Made by a program: the position numbers and the translations under genes. From positions 2,666,001-2,730,000 of the forward strand of contig CM106586.1 in NCBI GenBank assembly GCA_048013815.1: DNA of 64,000 nt, read 5' to 3'. The notes beneath the pieces are model-generated. The model was given only the letters and a program-made list of their open reading frames with translations. It had not been told where the DNA came from and searched no databases. The stretch comes from Setoptus koraiensis (Eukaryota > Animalia > Arthropoda). Of the stretch, positions 1 to 9,163 are shown piece after piece (the stretch's first letter is position 1; each line of letters opens with the position of its first letter).

Positions 1-715
1 CCAGTGCTGCTGCTCGCGATCCAAACTTGCGATCCAAACTATTTTAATCTTTTCACTCAATGATGTCATTATGGAAGCAAGTTGCACAACCACATGACTC
101 GTGCACCATGAGTTCATGGCACTGTCACATTTGTCACAAAGTTTCCTACTCTTAGAGCCGTTTTTGATATTTTCCAACTTTACTCCCGAAACTTCCGGCT
201 ATTCTCTTCGAGCCATTTTCGCAGACAAAAATATAAGTTGATTGAAAAATTCTCACAAGCCATTCAATATCAATTATTATTATTTATTGTGTATATTTAT
301 AGAAAATCAATTTTCAACTATAACAATGAACGTTTTATATTTTAATCATTAGACTAATATAGGGGTGTTCTAGGCTTGTTTTTGATTTGCCTCAAAGTAC
401 CTGTATCTGATCTAAAGTAGCTGTTCCATAGACGTTTGGGCGAAAAAATTTTCCGTGAATTTCACTAAATAAGACGCGGTCGTCATAGCGCAACAAACCA
501 CACGCACTGTGTTGGGCTTTTGTGGAATGCTTGTTTTTGTTGAATCAGCTGGCTTTTTAATGTGAGCAAGATAACCCACTTTGCTAGAATTCTATTTGAA
601 GGTTCTCACTTGTCTTATTTACTATCACCAGTTTCTCTAGTGATTGGTTCATAAAACCCATTACATACATCTATTATTATTTTATTTTCTTATAACCAAT
701 TGTTAGATATTCGAG

Positions 716-1987
716 ATGGCCACATCATCATCCGGCGCCATCCCCATCATCAATGAGAAAGGAGAGAGATCTATGCAAAGGGTCAAAGTTGAACGTTATG
801 TATCTGGAAAGAAACCAAAATATGCACCAGAAGATTCATCCAGCGATGAAGATCTATATGATTTGGATGAGCAAGTTGAATCTAACGAAGATGATGAACT
901 AAACGATGAGGACGAAAAAGTTCTAGTCCATGATGAACCCCTGGAGCTTCCAGACGACCAAGATTGTGATGATCCCAGGTTAGCAAAATTGAAGAAGATC
1001 GCAAACAAACAATCTCATGCCGGATCTAGTCGTCTCAGAACGTTAACTAGAGTCACACCAGATAGAGACTCATATCATGATAAATTAAACAAAGAGAGTC
1101 TCGTTGACGATGACGATGATTCCGATTCAGATATCAGGCGTCGTCATGCATTGGCTCGCAATAGAAAGAAATTTGCCCCAGCATCTGACTTTACTCAGGC
1201 GAAACAAGAGGAACACAAATCAGATTCAGAGTCGAGCGAGGAGGAAAGTTCAGACGAAAGTTGCGAGGAAGACGATTCCGAACCCCGCCTGATGCCCATT
1301 TTCATTCCAAAAAGTGAAAGGCAAGACCCATCTAAGATCCAAGATGAAGAAAAAGACAAAAGAAAACTAGCTGAGGAAAGTCGAATGCAAACACTCAAAA
1401 TGATTGAAGAAGATATTAGGAGGCAACAGGCGCTGGAGCCAGATCAAGGTGATCATGAAATAACAAAAACAGCCATCGAGTCTGTCAACACGGACGACGA
1501 AGAAGACAGAGAGCTAGCCTACGAAGAATGGAAACTGCGCGAACTCAAACGAATCCAGAGGGATAGAGCGCAAAAAGAATCACTCAAGGAAACCAGTGAG
1601 GAGGCACAAAAAATAAGGAAGATGACCGAAGAGGAGAGAGAGATATACCTTGCTAAGAATCCAAAAGAAACAGTTAATGATATGCCTAAAGGAAGGATGA
1701 AGTATCTTCAGAGATATTATCATAAAGGCGCTTTCTATCTTGATGAAGATAGTGATGTGTTCAAACGTGATTTCCAGCAGCCAACATTGGAAGATCGTTT
1801 GGACAGAACTAATCTACCGCAAGCGATGCAGGTGAAGAACTTTGGTCGAAGTGGTAGAACAAAATACACTCATCTCGCTGACCAAGATACTACCAAATCT
1901 GACAATCCCTGGTCCTCGATAAATACCATTAACAAAAAGTTTTATGAGACAAAGGCCGGCGGTCTTAAAGACTACGACAAAAAATAA
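716..1987 (+). CDS. MFAP1: Microfibrillar-associated protein 1 (spliceosomal B-complex factor), single exon, 423 aa
   Basis: N-terminal KVERYVSGKKPKYAP, acidic middle, C-terminal YEEWKLRELKRI, KYLQRYYHKGAF and QVKNFGRSGRTKYTHL, which are characteristic MFAP1 motifs. Confidence 0.92.
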   Translation: MATSSSGAIPIINEKGERSMQRVKVERYVSGKKPKYAPEDSSSDEDLYDLDEQVESNEDDELNDEDEKVLVHDEPLELPDDQDCDDPRLAKLKKIANKQSHAGSSRLRTLTRVTPDRDSYHDKLNKESLVDDDDDSDSDIRRRHALARNRKKFAPASDFTQAKQEEHKSDSESSEEESSDESCEEDDSEPRLMPIFIPKSERQDPSKIQDEEKDKRKLAEESRMQTLKMIEEDIRRQQALEPDQGDHEITKTAIESVNTDDEEDRELAYEEWKLRELKRIQRDRAQKESLKETSEEAQKIRKMTEEEREIYLAKNPKETVNDMPKGRMKYLQRYYHKGAFYLDEDSDVFKRDFQQPTLEDRLDRTNLPQAMQVKNFGRSGRTKYTHLADQDTTKSDNPWSSINTINKKFYETKAGGLKDYDKK

Positions 1988-2053
1988 CAATATATTTATT
2001 ATGGTTGCCTTTCACTTGGGCAGCACAAGTCACACTAGAGTTTCTCATCACAT

Positions 2054-3793
2054 TTAACTTGGGGTTTTGCGATCTTCATTACAACTTTCTCCATTTGGTC
2101 CGGGTCGCAGTATCTGGTCGAAAACAGGCTTAGCCATCTCAAGACTAACACGACCAGCCGTCGTATCACTCAATTTTTGCATCAATATTTTCATATGACG
2201 GGTTTCTCCTGTTTTCGCATATTTTTTTGAAACGCCCTTCATACTTTCAATCACTTTTCTACAGAGTTGCTCTACCTCTTTGATATCATTGATTTGCAGC
2301 CATCCAAAACTTTCAGACAATTCTTTAGGCTCGCGTCGCTCCCTGTTGAAGACATACAACTTGATTAGCTCATAACCGATACAGTACGAGATAGATCTTT
2401 CCTCAACTAAATCTACAATCTGCGCAAAATATCTTGGTTGAAGCCCTATTCTAACGGCGCTGCCCTCAGCAAATGAGACATCGTCTAGTATGCCTTTGGC
2501 ATCTATATCCAATAAGTCTTTTCCGTGCAACAAGAACTTCGCCATAGAGTCCAAACTTTTGCATCTACTGAATCTGTGAGCCTCTAAGAGGAAATCCTTC
2601 ATACTATCAACCGAGGTAATATACTTGACCAAGTCCATAGAAAGTCCATACTGAGCAGCTAATTCCATGGCTTCTTCAAAGGGTCGTTTACTGAGTGTTT
2701 GTTCTAAGTTTAATGATTCATACTCAGTTGTATTTATCGGGGGTAAGCTTGGCTCTGGAAAATATCGGTAGTCTATTGATTCTTCTTTTTTTCTTAACAA
2801 TACAGATTTACCAGTTTTTGTATCAAATGATCGAGTTTCACGTTCCACCCTTTCGCCCGACAGAAGTAGTTGCCCTTGCCTAAAGATCTCATGCTCGATA
2901 CCTCGATTTAGAGATCGCAAGGAATTGAGATTCTTAAGCTCAACACGACCAGTTCCATCAAACCTTTGCCCGTCAATAGAATCTATTGATATATTGGCAT
3001 CTACACGCAACGATCCCTCTTCTAGCTGACAGCTGCAAGTTCCTATTGATTTCAAGATAGTTATGAGTTCAGTCAATACAGAAGTTGCTTCATGCTGGTC
3101 TTTTAAATCTGGCTCAAATACAATCTCCATAAGGGCGACGCCAGACCTATTGAAATCCACGAGACTAAAGTCTTTTCTTTGGCCATCATGAAATGTATTT
3201 ACATCATGGAAAGATCTAGCAGAATCTTGCTCGAGTTGTATTTGTTTTATCTTGGACCTTTTAATGTAAGGTTGAAATATTCTGTCTTCATTTTGTTGTG
3301 CCCTGAAAAATTGAACAAGATCATATGATTGAGAGCTGTGAGCCCTACTATACGGTGTCACTATGCAGTCGATGTAACCATCTGTGGCAATAGGTTTGTG
3401 GTATTGTGTCAATTGGTATCCGGCAGGTAAGTCGCTATAATAGTAATGTTTTCGATCAAAATGTGACTCCTGCTGAATAATACAATTTAATGCCAATGCG
3501 GTCCTGATAGCTGATACAACACACTGTTTATTGAGAGATGGTAGTGTTCCTGGCAACGATATATCAAATAAATCTAGCTGAGAATTGGGTGGCGCGAGAT
3601 ATTTTGTACCTCCGCGGCTAAATAATTTAGAATTGGCCTGTATCTGGGCATGTATCTCCAGGCCAACTTTGGCCTCTAGCGATTTCAATTGTTGTTGATG
3701 TTTGTCACAATTGTGACGATTGTGTAAAGTCCCCAGCCTATAAATTGGCTTGATTCTTTTTGTATGTGAAAAGATCAGGTTAGGAGTAAACAT
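2054..3793 (-). CDS. GATB: Mitochondrial Glu-tRNA(Gln) amidotransferase subunit B, single exon, about 579 aa from the first ATG
   Basis: VGLEIHAQI, FDRKHYYYSDLPAGYQLTQ, QIQLEQDS, DFNRSGVALMEIV, EGSLRVDANIS and RVELKNLNS motifs. The ORF track starts at a TTG (3844); the first ATG is at 3793. Confidence 0.93.
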   Translation of the reverse strand: MFTPNLIFSHTKRIKPIYRLGTLHNRHNCDKHQQQLKSLEAKVGLEIHAQIQANSKLFSRGGTKYLAPPNSQLDLFDISLPGTLPSLNKQCVVSAIRTALALNCIIQQESHFDRKHYYYSDLPAGYQLTQYHKPIATDGYIDCIVTPYSRAHSSQSYDLVQFFRAQQNEDRIFQPYIKRSKIKQIQLEQDSARSFHDVNTFHDGQRKDFSLVDFNRSGVALMEIVFEPDLKDQHEATSVLTELITILKSIGTCSCQLEEGSLRVDANISIDSIDGQRFDGTGRVELKNLNSLRSLNRGIEHEIFRQGQLLLSGERVERETRSFDTKTGKSVLLRKKEESIDYRYFPEPSLPPINTTEYESLNLEQTLSKRPFEEAMELAAQYGLSMDLVKYITSVDSMKDFLLEAHRFSRCKSLDSMAKFLLHGKDLLDIDAKGILDDVSFAEGSAVRIGLQPRYFAQIVDLVEERSISYCIGYELIKLYVFNRERREPKELSESFGWLQINDIKEVEQLCRKVIESMKGVSKKYAKTGETRHMKILMQKLSDTTAGRVSLEMAKPVFDQILRPGPNGESCNEDRKTPS

Positions 3794-4072
3794 TATAATT
3801 ACCCGATATTTTTTTGCTGATATGTTATAAGGGGTGGTCGCCAATATTTTGGCGAGTTACTAAAGCAACTGGACCTAGTGGATACAACAAGCAAGAATCT
3901 TCAAATAGAAATCAAGCGAAATGGATCACCTCGCTCACATTAAAAAACCAGCTGATTGGACCAAAACACTCATCCCACAAAAGCCCGAGGCAATGACTGA
4001 AAAAGAAATAGATGCGAACTTAAAGGAAGGCACTAGCCTGGTCTTGTATAAGAATGATTTAATTACACATAT

Positions 4073-7000
4073 TTATCCCTCACGATGATTATCTTCTCTT
4101 TTCTGCTTCATTGACTCGGCTATAGCCTTTGCCATTTGGGCATCATCGTCAAGCGATTTCAAACGATCTCTCCTCCATTGAGCACGGAGTTCGGGACCAC
4201 TCAAACCACTTTCATTGTTCTGGCCCATTCTTTTCTGTCTCAGCTCGGCCTTAAGTGTGCGAGGTTTGGCAATGGGGTTTGTTGTTGTGGATGGTTGATT
4301 TAATGATTGAGAGCTGATTGGCGATGTGCTTGAAATCCTGATGTCGCTCATTTCATCGCAATCGGCCATCATACGGTTATCTGGCGTTGTTGACCGTTTT
4401 CCTTCTGATTCTTGCTTTGTCATACTACTCTCCTCAAACTTGCGTTTTTTTTCCGTGAAACTTAGCACCTCCGGGCCTTTTATTGTTGCCTCGGCCGTAA
4501 GTTCCTTGGGCTTGGGAGGCTTGGCTGGTTTTGGAGGAGGCAAGAATGTCGGTTCATGCGAACGAAGACCTTGAAGCCGCTTATGGATAGAATTTGATCG
4601 CGCTTGTGATGTTGTCACCATACCAGGTATAGCGGCTGAAGAATTCGTCATGTTATGTATGTTCAATGATACATCGCCACTAGCCAGACTACTAACAGAT
4701 CCAAACGTAGGCCTTCTGTATGATCCTGTGAACGATGGTCGATGAGCCATGTATGATGAAGAAGAATAACCCCAACTCTCGAGAGGAGGTCGAGGTGGCA
4801 TACTCCTGAGGGCCGCATCTATCGGGTCATCGCTTTCTCCTCGAGCAACAACGATTCGCACAAATCTATCAGAGGAATTCAACAGTGCGACTACACGCTC
4901 GTGATCCAAAGGGGCCACATCAGTTCCATTGATAGTTATAATCCTATCGTTTGGCTGTAACTTGCCGTCTCTTGCAGCAACACTGTCTGGTTTAATGGAA
5001 GTAATAGTCACATTTGATGTGCCAGGCTTACTATCGTCGGAATCTGCGCCTCCTTCTATTCCCAATCCCAAGCATCCTTGCTTGTCCCGAACCAATGTTG
5101 TGAAGATAATGTGTTTATTCGAGGAATTATCTGCTAAGCTAAGACCTCTAGCCAGTGATGCTGTGACAGATTCACTTCTGCCGTCCCTACATGAAGCGCG
5201 TATATTAGTTGGCGCAGCAGTAGTACTCTTTGTTGTTGTCATAAGTGATTGACGTAGATTGTTGATTGCTCGATTTCCATTTGGAGCATCTGGGATAGAA
5301 TAAGATCGCACGAAAGTATTCGTGTTAGGCATAGTATCTTCCGATAAATTCTGTTTTTTAATAGTTGTACTATTAGTTGAATTGTCTGTCGGCTGTACAA
5401 ATGCGTCATCTTGCGACTCGTCCTCATCTGCTTCGTCTCTCAAGACTTTCAATGTGAACTTATTACAATTTGATTTGACCTTTTTGAAAATCTCCACCGC
5501 TGTCGCATGATCTATGCCTTCATAAAATTCTTTATCATTCACAGCCAAGATCTTATCCTTCACTTTAACACCGGCAGCTTCAGTGGGACCTTTTGGCGTA
5601 ACTTTAGACACAAAAATACCTTCATCGTCATCTTTGAACGGGGGCGTCCCTTTACCGCCAGCGATGCTTAATCCTATACCTGGATCTGTTCTGTACACGT
5701 CAATGTAGATAATTCTTTTCTTATCTTTTGCAAGTAACTCAACTTTACGCTTGTCTTCTTTACTTAGTGCATTAACTTGTTGATTCTTCAGGTGATGAGG
5801 TGTATCCCGACGATGCAATTTACCGCGTGGTTGATTGTCAATCTCCTGTTTAGGCTGATCGAATATGACAGTTCTATTTTCGTTAGCTTCATGTTCTTCC
5901 CTGTCATCATAGGGGAGCTGTGTATTCCTTAGAGAAGACAGGGATTTATTTTGGCGGTTCAGTGGGATATCTGGTAGGCCATTTGCGTGATAACCCAATT
6001 CTGTGCCGATTGATTGCTGGCGCTCGCCATTTTCAACTTGTTTGGTGTCCTCAGAATACTCCAAACCATTCTGAGCCTCATTTTTATCTTTTACAAACAA
6101 TCTCTGATGTCTTGCTTTAAGCTCTTTTGGATGAGGGGTATCGTGTCTAACAAATTGTACATCGCTATTGAATTCATTGTCCTCGATGGCTTCATTATCA
6201 AACTTGACAGCGGCTGGCCTGGTATTCTCGTACTCGTCATCCGATTCTAAGCCACGCGATGGATTATCGTCAGTATGAAGATTTTCTTTCTTATCGTTGA
6301 TTTGAGGGAGTAGATAACAAGTGAGGATTTTTGCTCCAGAAGGCAGTTCATCCGTTTGCAATTTGAGGAGAGGTTGTGCTTGATTTGTAGATAACCATAG
6401 AGCACTCAGTTCCAAGTTGGTGAAACTACATGGTAGATATTCCAAAATGTTATCCGCTAGATCAAGCACCCTGAGATGTTGGAGATTTCCTATCTCCGAA
6501 GGCAAGTGTACCAACTTATTGTCCCTCAAGGATAAAATTCCTAATTTCTTCAAAGATCCAATCTGCGGAGTTAATGTCCTCAACTTGTTTTGATCTACAT
6601 TTAGAGTTCTTAGATCAGAGAGGCACCCGATGGTTGAAGGAAGTTCTCTCAATTCGTTGGAAGACAAAACTAACTCTTGTAAAGCAACGCAACCCCCAAT
6701 TGTTGAATTCAGTTCTGTGAGGTTATTTTTATCTACTTTCAGAGTGACTAAATTCTTGAGTTGCCCAATTCCATCGGGCAAGTAATCTAGAGTGTTATCT
6801 GAGAGATGTAGATTCGTTAGGCACTTAAGACCTGAGATTTCTTGAGGCAGATGACTTAGTCCTCTGTATTCGCATATTGTTTGCACATTATCGCCATTTT
6901 GTGTTCGATCTTTAGGTGCTTCTTGAATAGTTGCTCGTTCCTGTTTCACAACATCAAGGAGTTGAAGGTTTTCTAGAAGGCCAATCTCCTCTGGCAAAGT

Positions 7001-7624
7001 TTGAAGATTATTCATATCGACAAGTAAATATTCTAGATTGCGAAGCTTTCCAATATCGTGAGGTAGTTCCCTTATAAGATTTTGGCCCAAATCGAGTCTA
7101 CGCAAATTTTCAAGAGATGTGAAACTTCTAGGCAATGATTTAAGTTCATTCTCTCGAAGTTCGAGAGATTGCAAGTTCTTCAACGAACCAAAGTCATCTG
7201 GCAATTTTGTTAGTAGACAATAGTTTAGATTAAGTGTAGTAAGATTTTTAAGTTGCACCAAACCAGCGGGTAATTCCTCAATATTGTTTGCACTAAAATC
7301 ACATATTTGCAGACTCCTCAAGAACTTAATCTGTTCAGGTATGTGCTGTATTTTATTTCTACTACAATCTAACTCGACCAAATGAACTAAATTTGCAATA
7401 TCCGGAGGTATATCTTGTATGATATTGTCGCCAACATTTAGTCTCCTCAGTCTTGTTAATCTAAACAAGGGTCTTGTAAGAGTAGTAAGTTTGTTTGCTC
7501 CTAGGAATAACTCTTCTAAGGATCTAGAATAGTTTTGAAGATTAGGCACATCTTCCAGGCTACAGTGGCTCTTATCTATAACTTCAACTTGATGTAAGCA
7601 ACGCAGTAGGCTTATGCACTTCAT
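4073..7624 (-). CDS. scrib: Scribble/LAP protein: LRR array, two PDZ domains, conserved C-terminal tail; single exon, 1183 aa
   Basis: MKCISLLRCLHQVEVIDKSHCSL N-terminus, LRRs, ALWLSTNQAQPL...LTCYLLPQ (LAPSD), PDZ1 GIGLSIAGGKGTPPFKDDDEGIF, PDZ2 with RFVRIVVARG, tail RTLKAE...WRRDRLKSLDDDA. Confidence 0.9.
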   Translation of the reverse strand: MKCISLLRCLHQVEVIDKSHCSLEDVPNLQNYSRSLEELFLGANKLTTLTRPLFRLTRLRRLNVGDNIIQDIPPDIANLVHLVELDCSRNKIQHIPEQIKFLRSLQICDFSANNIEELPAGLVQLKNLTTLNLNYCLLTKLPDDFGSLKNLQSLELRENELKSLPRSFTSLENLRRLDLGQNLIRELPHDIGKLRNLEYLLVDMNNLQTLPEEIGLLENLQLLDVVKQERATIQEAPKDRTQNGDNVQTICEYRGLSHLPQEISGLKCLTNLHLSDNTLDYLPDGIGQLKNLVTLKVDKNNLTELNSTIGGCVALQELVLSSNELRELPSTIGCLSDLRTLNVDQNKLRTLTPQIGSLKKLGILSLRDNKLVHLPSEIGNLQHLRVLDLADNILEYLPCSFTNLELSALWLSTNQAQPLLKLQTDELPSGAKILTCYLLPQINDKKENLHTDDNPSRGLESDDEYENTRPAAVKFDNEAIEDNEFNSDVQFVRHDTPHPKELKARHQRLFVKDKNEAQNGLEYSEDTKQVENGERQQSIGTELGYHANGLPDIPLNRQNKSLSSLRNTQLPYDDREEHEANENRTVIFDQPKQEIDNQPRGKLHRRDTPHHLKNQQVNALSKEDKRKVELLAKDKKRIIYIDVYRTDPGIGLSIAGGKGTPPFKDDDEGIFVSKVTPKGPTEAAGVKVKDKILAVNDKEFYEGIDHATAVEIFKKVKSNCNKFTLKVLRDEADEDESQDDAFVQPTDNSTNSTTIKKQNLSEDTMPNTNTFVRSYSIPDAPNGNRAINNLRQSLMTTTKSTTAAPTNIRASCRDGRSESVTASLARGLSLADNSSNKHIIFTTLVRDKQGCLGLGIEGGADSDDSKPGTSNVTITSIKPDSVAARDGKLQPNDRIITINGTDVAPLDHERVVALLNSSDRFVRIVVARGESDDPIDAALRSMPPRPPLESWGYSSSSYMAHRPSFTGSYRRPTFGSVSSLASGDVSLNIHNMTNSSAAIPGMVTTSQARSNSIHKRLQGLRSHEPTFLPPPKPAKPPKPKELTAEATIKGPEVLSFTEKKRKFEESSMTKQESEGKRSTTPDNRMMADCDEMSDIRISSTSPISSQSLNQPSTTTNPIAKPRTLKAELRQKRMGQNNESGLSGPELRAQWRRDRLKSLDDDAQMAKAIAESMKQKREDNHREG

Positions 7625-7660
7625 TTTGATGATGATAATAATAATAATAATTAATGATGA

Positions 7661-7835
7661 AAAATGATACTGGTAAAATTGTAATGGTTGCCTCTCTCTG
7701 ATGATGGCAATAGTGAATTAAAATAATACTGGTAAAATTGTAATGTTTGTCTCTCTCTCTAATGATGGTAATAGAGAAATAAAATAATACTGCTAATAAA
7801 ATTGTAATGTTTGTTCCTCTCTAATGATGGCAAGG
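7661..7835. repeat. About 3 tandem copies of a ~60-bp unit just upstream of the scribble ATG
   Basis: aatactggtaaaattgtaatg...ctctct...atgatgg recurs near 7664, 7724 and 7785. Confidence 0.8.
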
Positions 7836-7865
7836 TGAGGTGAAATGAATTGTGTAGGATTATTC

Positions 7866-7945
7866 CGTTTGTCTGCCTGTTCGTCCGTTCGTATGTCCGT
7901 TTGTCTGTCTGTCTGTCTGTCCGTCTGTCTGTCTGTTTGTCTGTT
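7866..7945. repeat. Imperfect (TGTC)n tetranucleotide microsatellite
   Basis: Direct reading; gives the RQTD repeats in spurious ORF 7793..8008. Confidence 0.85.
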
Positions 7946-8119
7946 CATGTAACACACCCAGTATCTGCGTGCCTTATCTGAGCCAAACTCAAAATCTAGG
8001 GTGATCAATTGGAGCCATCACTACTGTTATTACTGTAAACAAGTGCTTATAAGCAAAGATGTGTTACCTTTTGTTGTTGCGTGTTATTACTATCACCCAT
8101 CGTGTGTAATAATTAAATT

Positions 8120-8497
8120 ATGTCAAAAATTGCCAGGAATTTACAAAGACAATTGACTATCACGGCCTCTTGCGTTAAAAGGCTCAAGGAGATTATAAAT
8201 GAAGAAAATCAATTCTTGCGTGTGGATGTGGAAAGTGGCGGATGCCAAGGATTATCCTACAAATTCAAACTAGACAACAAGCTAAATCCAACGGAGGATG
8301 TCGTGTTCGAGAAAGATAAACAAAAAGTTGTTGTAGATTCGGAGAGCTTGTCCTACATACAAGGATCTGTGATAGATTATCAAGAGTCACTAATCAAAAG
8401 TTCCTTCAAGATTGTCGATAATCCCACCGCCAGTAATAATTGTAGCTGCGGATCTTCTTTCTCAATAGATATTAGTGATACAAACAATAATAAATAA
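8120..8497 (+). CDS. ISCA2: Iron-sulfur cluster assembly protein A2-type (HesB/IscA family), single exon, 125 aa
   Basis: LTITASCVKRL, LRVDVESGGCQGLSYKF, IDYQESLIKSSFKIVDNP and CSCGSSFS. Confidence 0.9.
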   Translation: MSKIARNLQRQLTITASCVKRLKEIINEENQFLRVDVESGGCQGLSYKFKLDNKLNPTEDVVFEKDKQKVVVDSESLSYIQGSVIDYQESLIKSSFKIVDNPTASNNCSCGSSFSIDISDTNNNK

Positions 8498-8731
8498 TAG
8501 TTATTAGATTCTGTCCTATAGCACCATCGAACTTGTTAGCGTTTATTTTTCACTTTTTGAATCGGGCGCTATGAAATGCCGTTCTTTTTCAAAAGAGGCG
8601 CTCCTGCACGAGTATCGTGTATCGTCATTCATGCACCATTGTTGCTTTCGATCTATAGCGATAATTCGTCTAGGACCGGTCAGTTTTCGCAAAATTTCCT
8701 AAATAAATTCTGATTAATAATCTCTTGCAAC

Positions 8732-9028
8732 ATGTCAACTTACCAAGGAGCCCAGAGAATTCAAAAGGTGATGGTACAGCCCATCAACCTCATATTTAGG
8801 TATTTACAAAACAAAGCTAGAATACAGGTCTGGCTGTCAGAAAATGTCAGCATGAGGATAGAAGGAGCCATTATAGGATTTGATGAATACATGAACCTAG
8901 TTTTGGAAGATGCCTGTGAATATTATCTAAAAACCAAAACAAGGAAGCCGGTCGGTAGGATACTTTTGAAGGGTGAAAATATTACTTTGATTCAGAGCGC
9001 CACCACAACTGTCAAATCGGAAGAATAA
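8732..9028 (+). CDS. SmE: Small nuclear ribonucleoprotein E, single exon, 98 aa
   Basis: [17 protein letters not shown]...IQVWL...[16 protein letters not shown]...[14 protein letters not shown]. Confidence 0.96.
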   Translation: MSTYQGAQRIQKVMVQPINLIFRYLQNKARIQVWLSENVSMRIEGAIIGFDEYMNLVLEDACEYYLKTKTRKPVGRILLKGENITLIQSATTTVKSEE

Positions 9029-9163
9029 TAATCATTCTCATTATAATGAATTTGTAAATCAGTTTATTACTTATTTCCTTAGATACATTATTACACTCTC
9101 TTGAGTACATTTGGACACATACACATAATTATTGTTTTTCTCAACATTGATCTCCGCATATCA

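Noticed and set aside
3794-3844. Extended GatB N-terminus (and HR4 30607..30648) from the ORF track
   Set aside because: These begin at TTG codons; the first ATG is the more plausible start in a eukaryote.
6866-6951. Scribble LRR insertion as a GT-AG intron
   Set aside because: The GTGAAA...TACAG span is 86 nt, so removal shifts the frame, and it is purine-rich with no pyrimidine tract.
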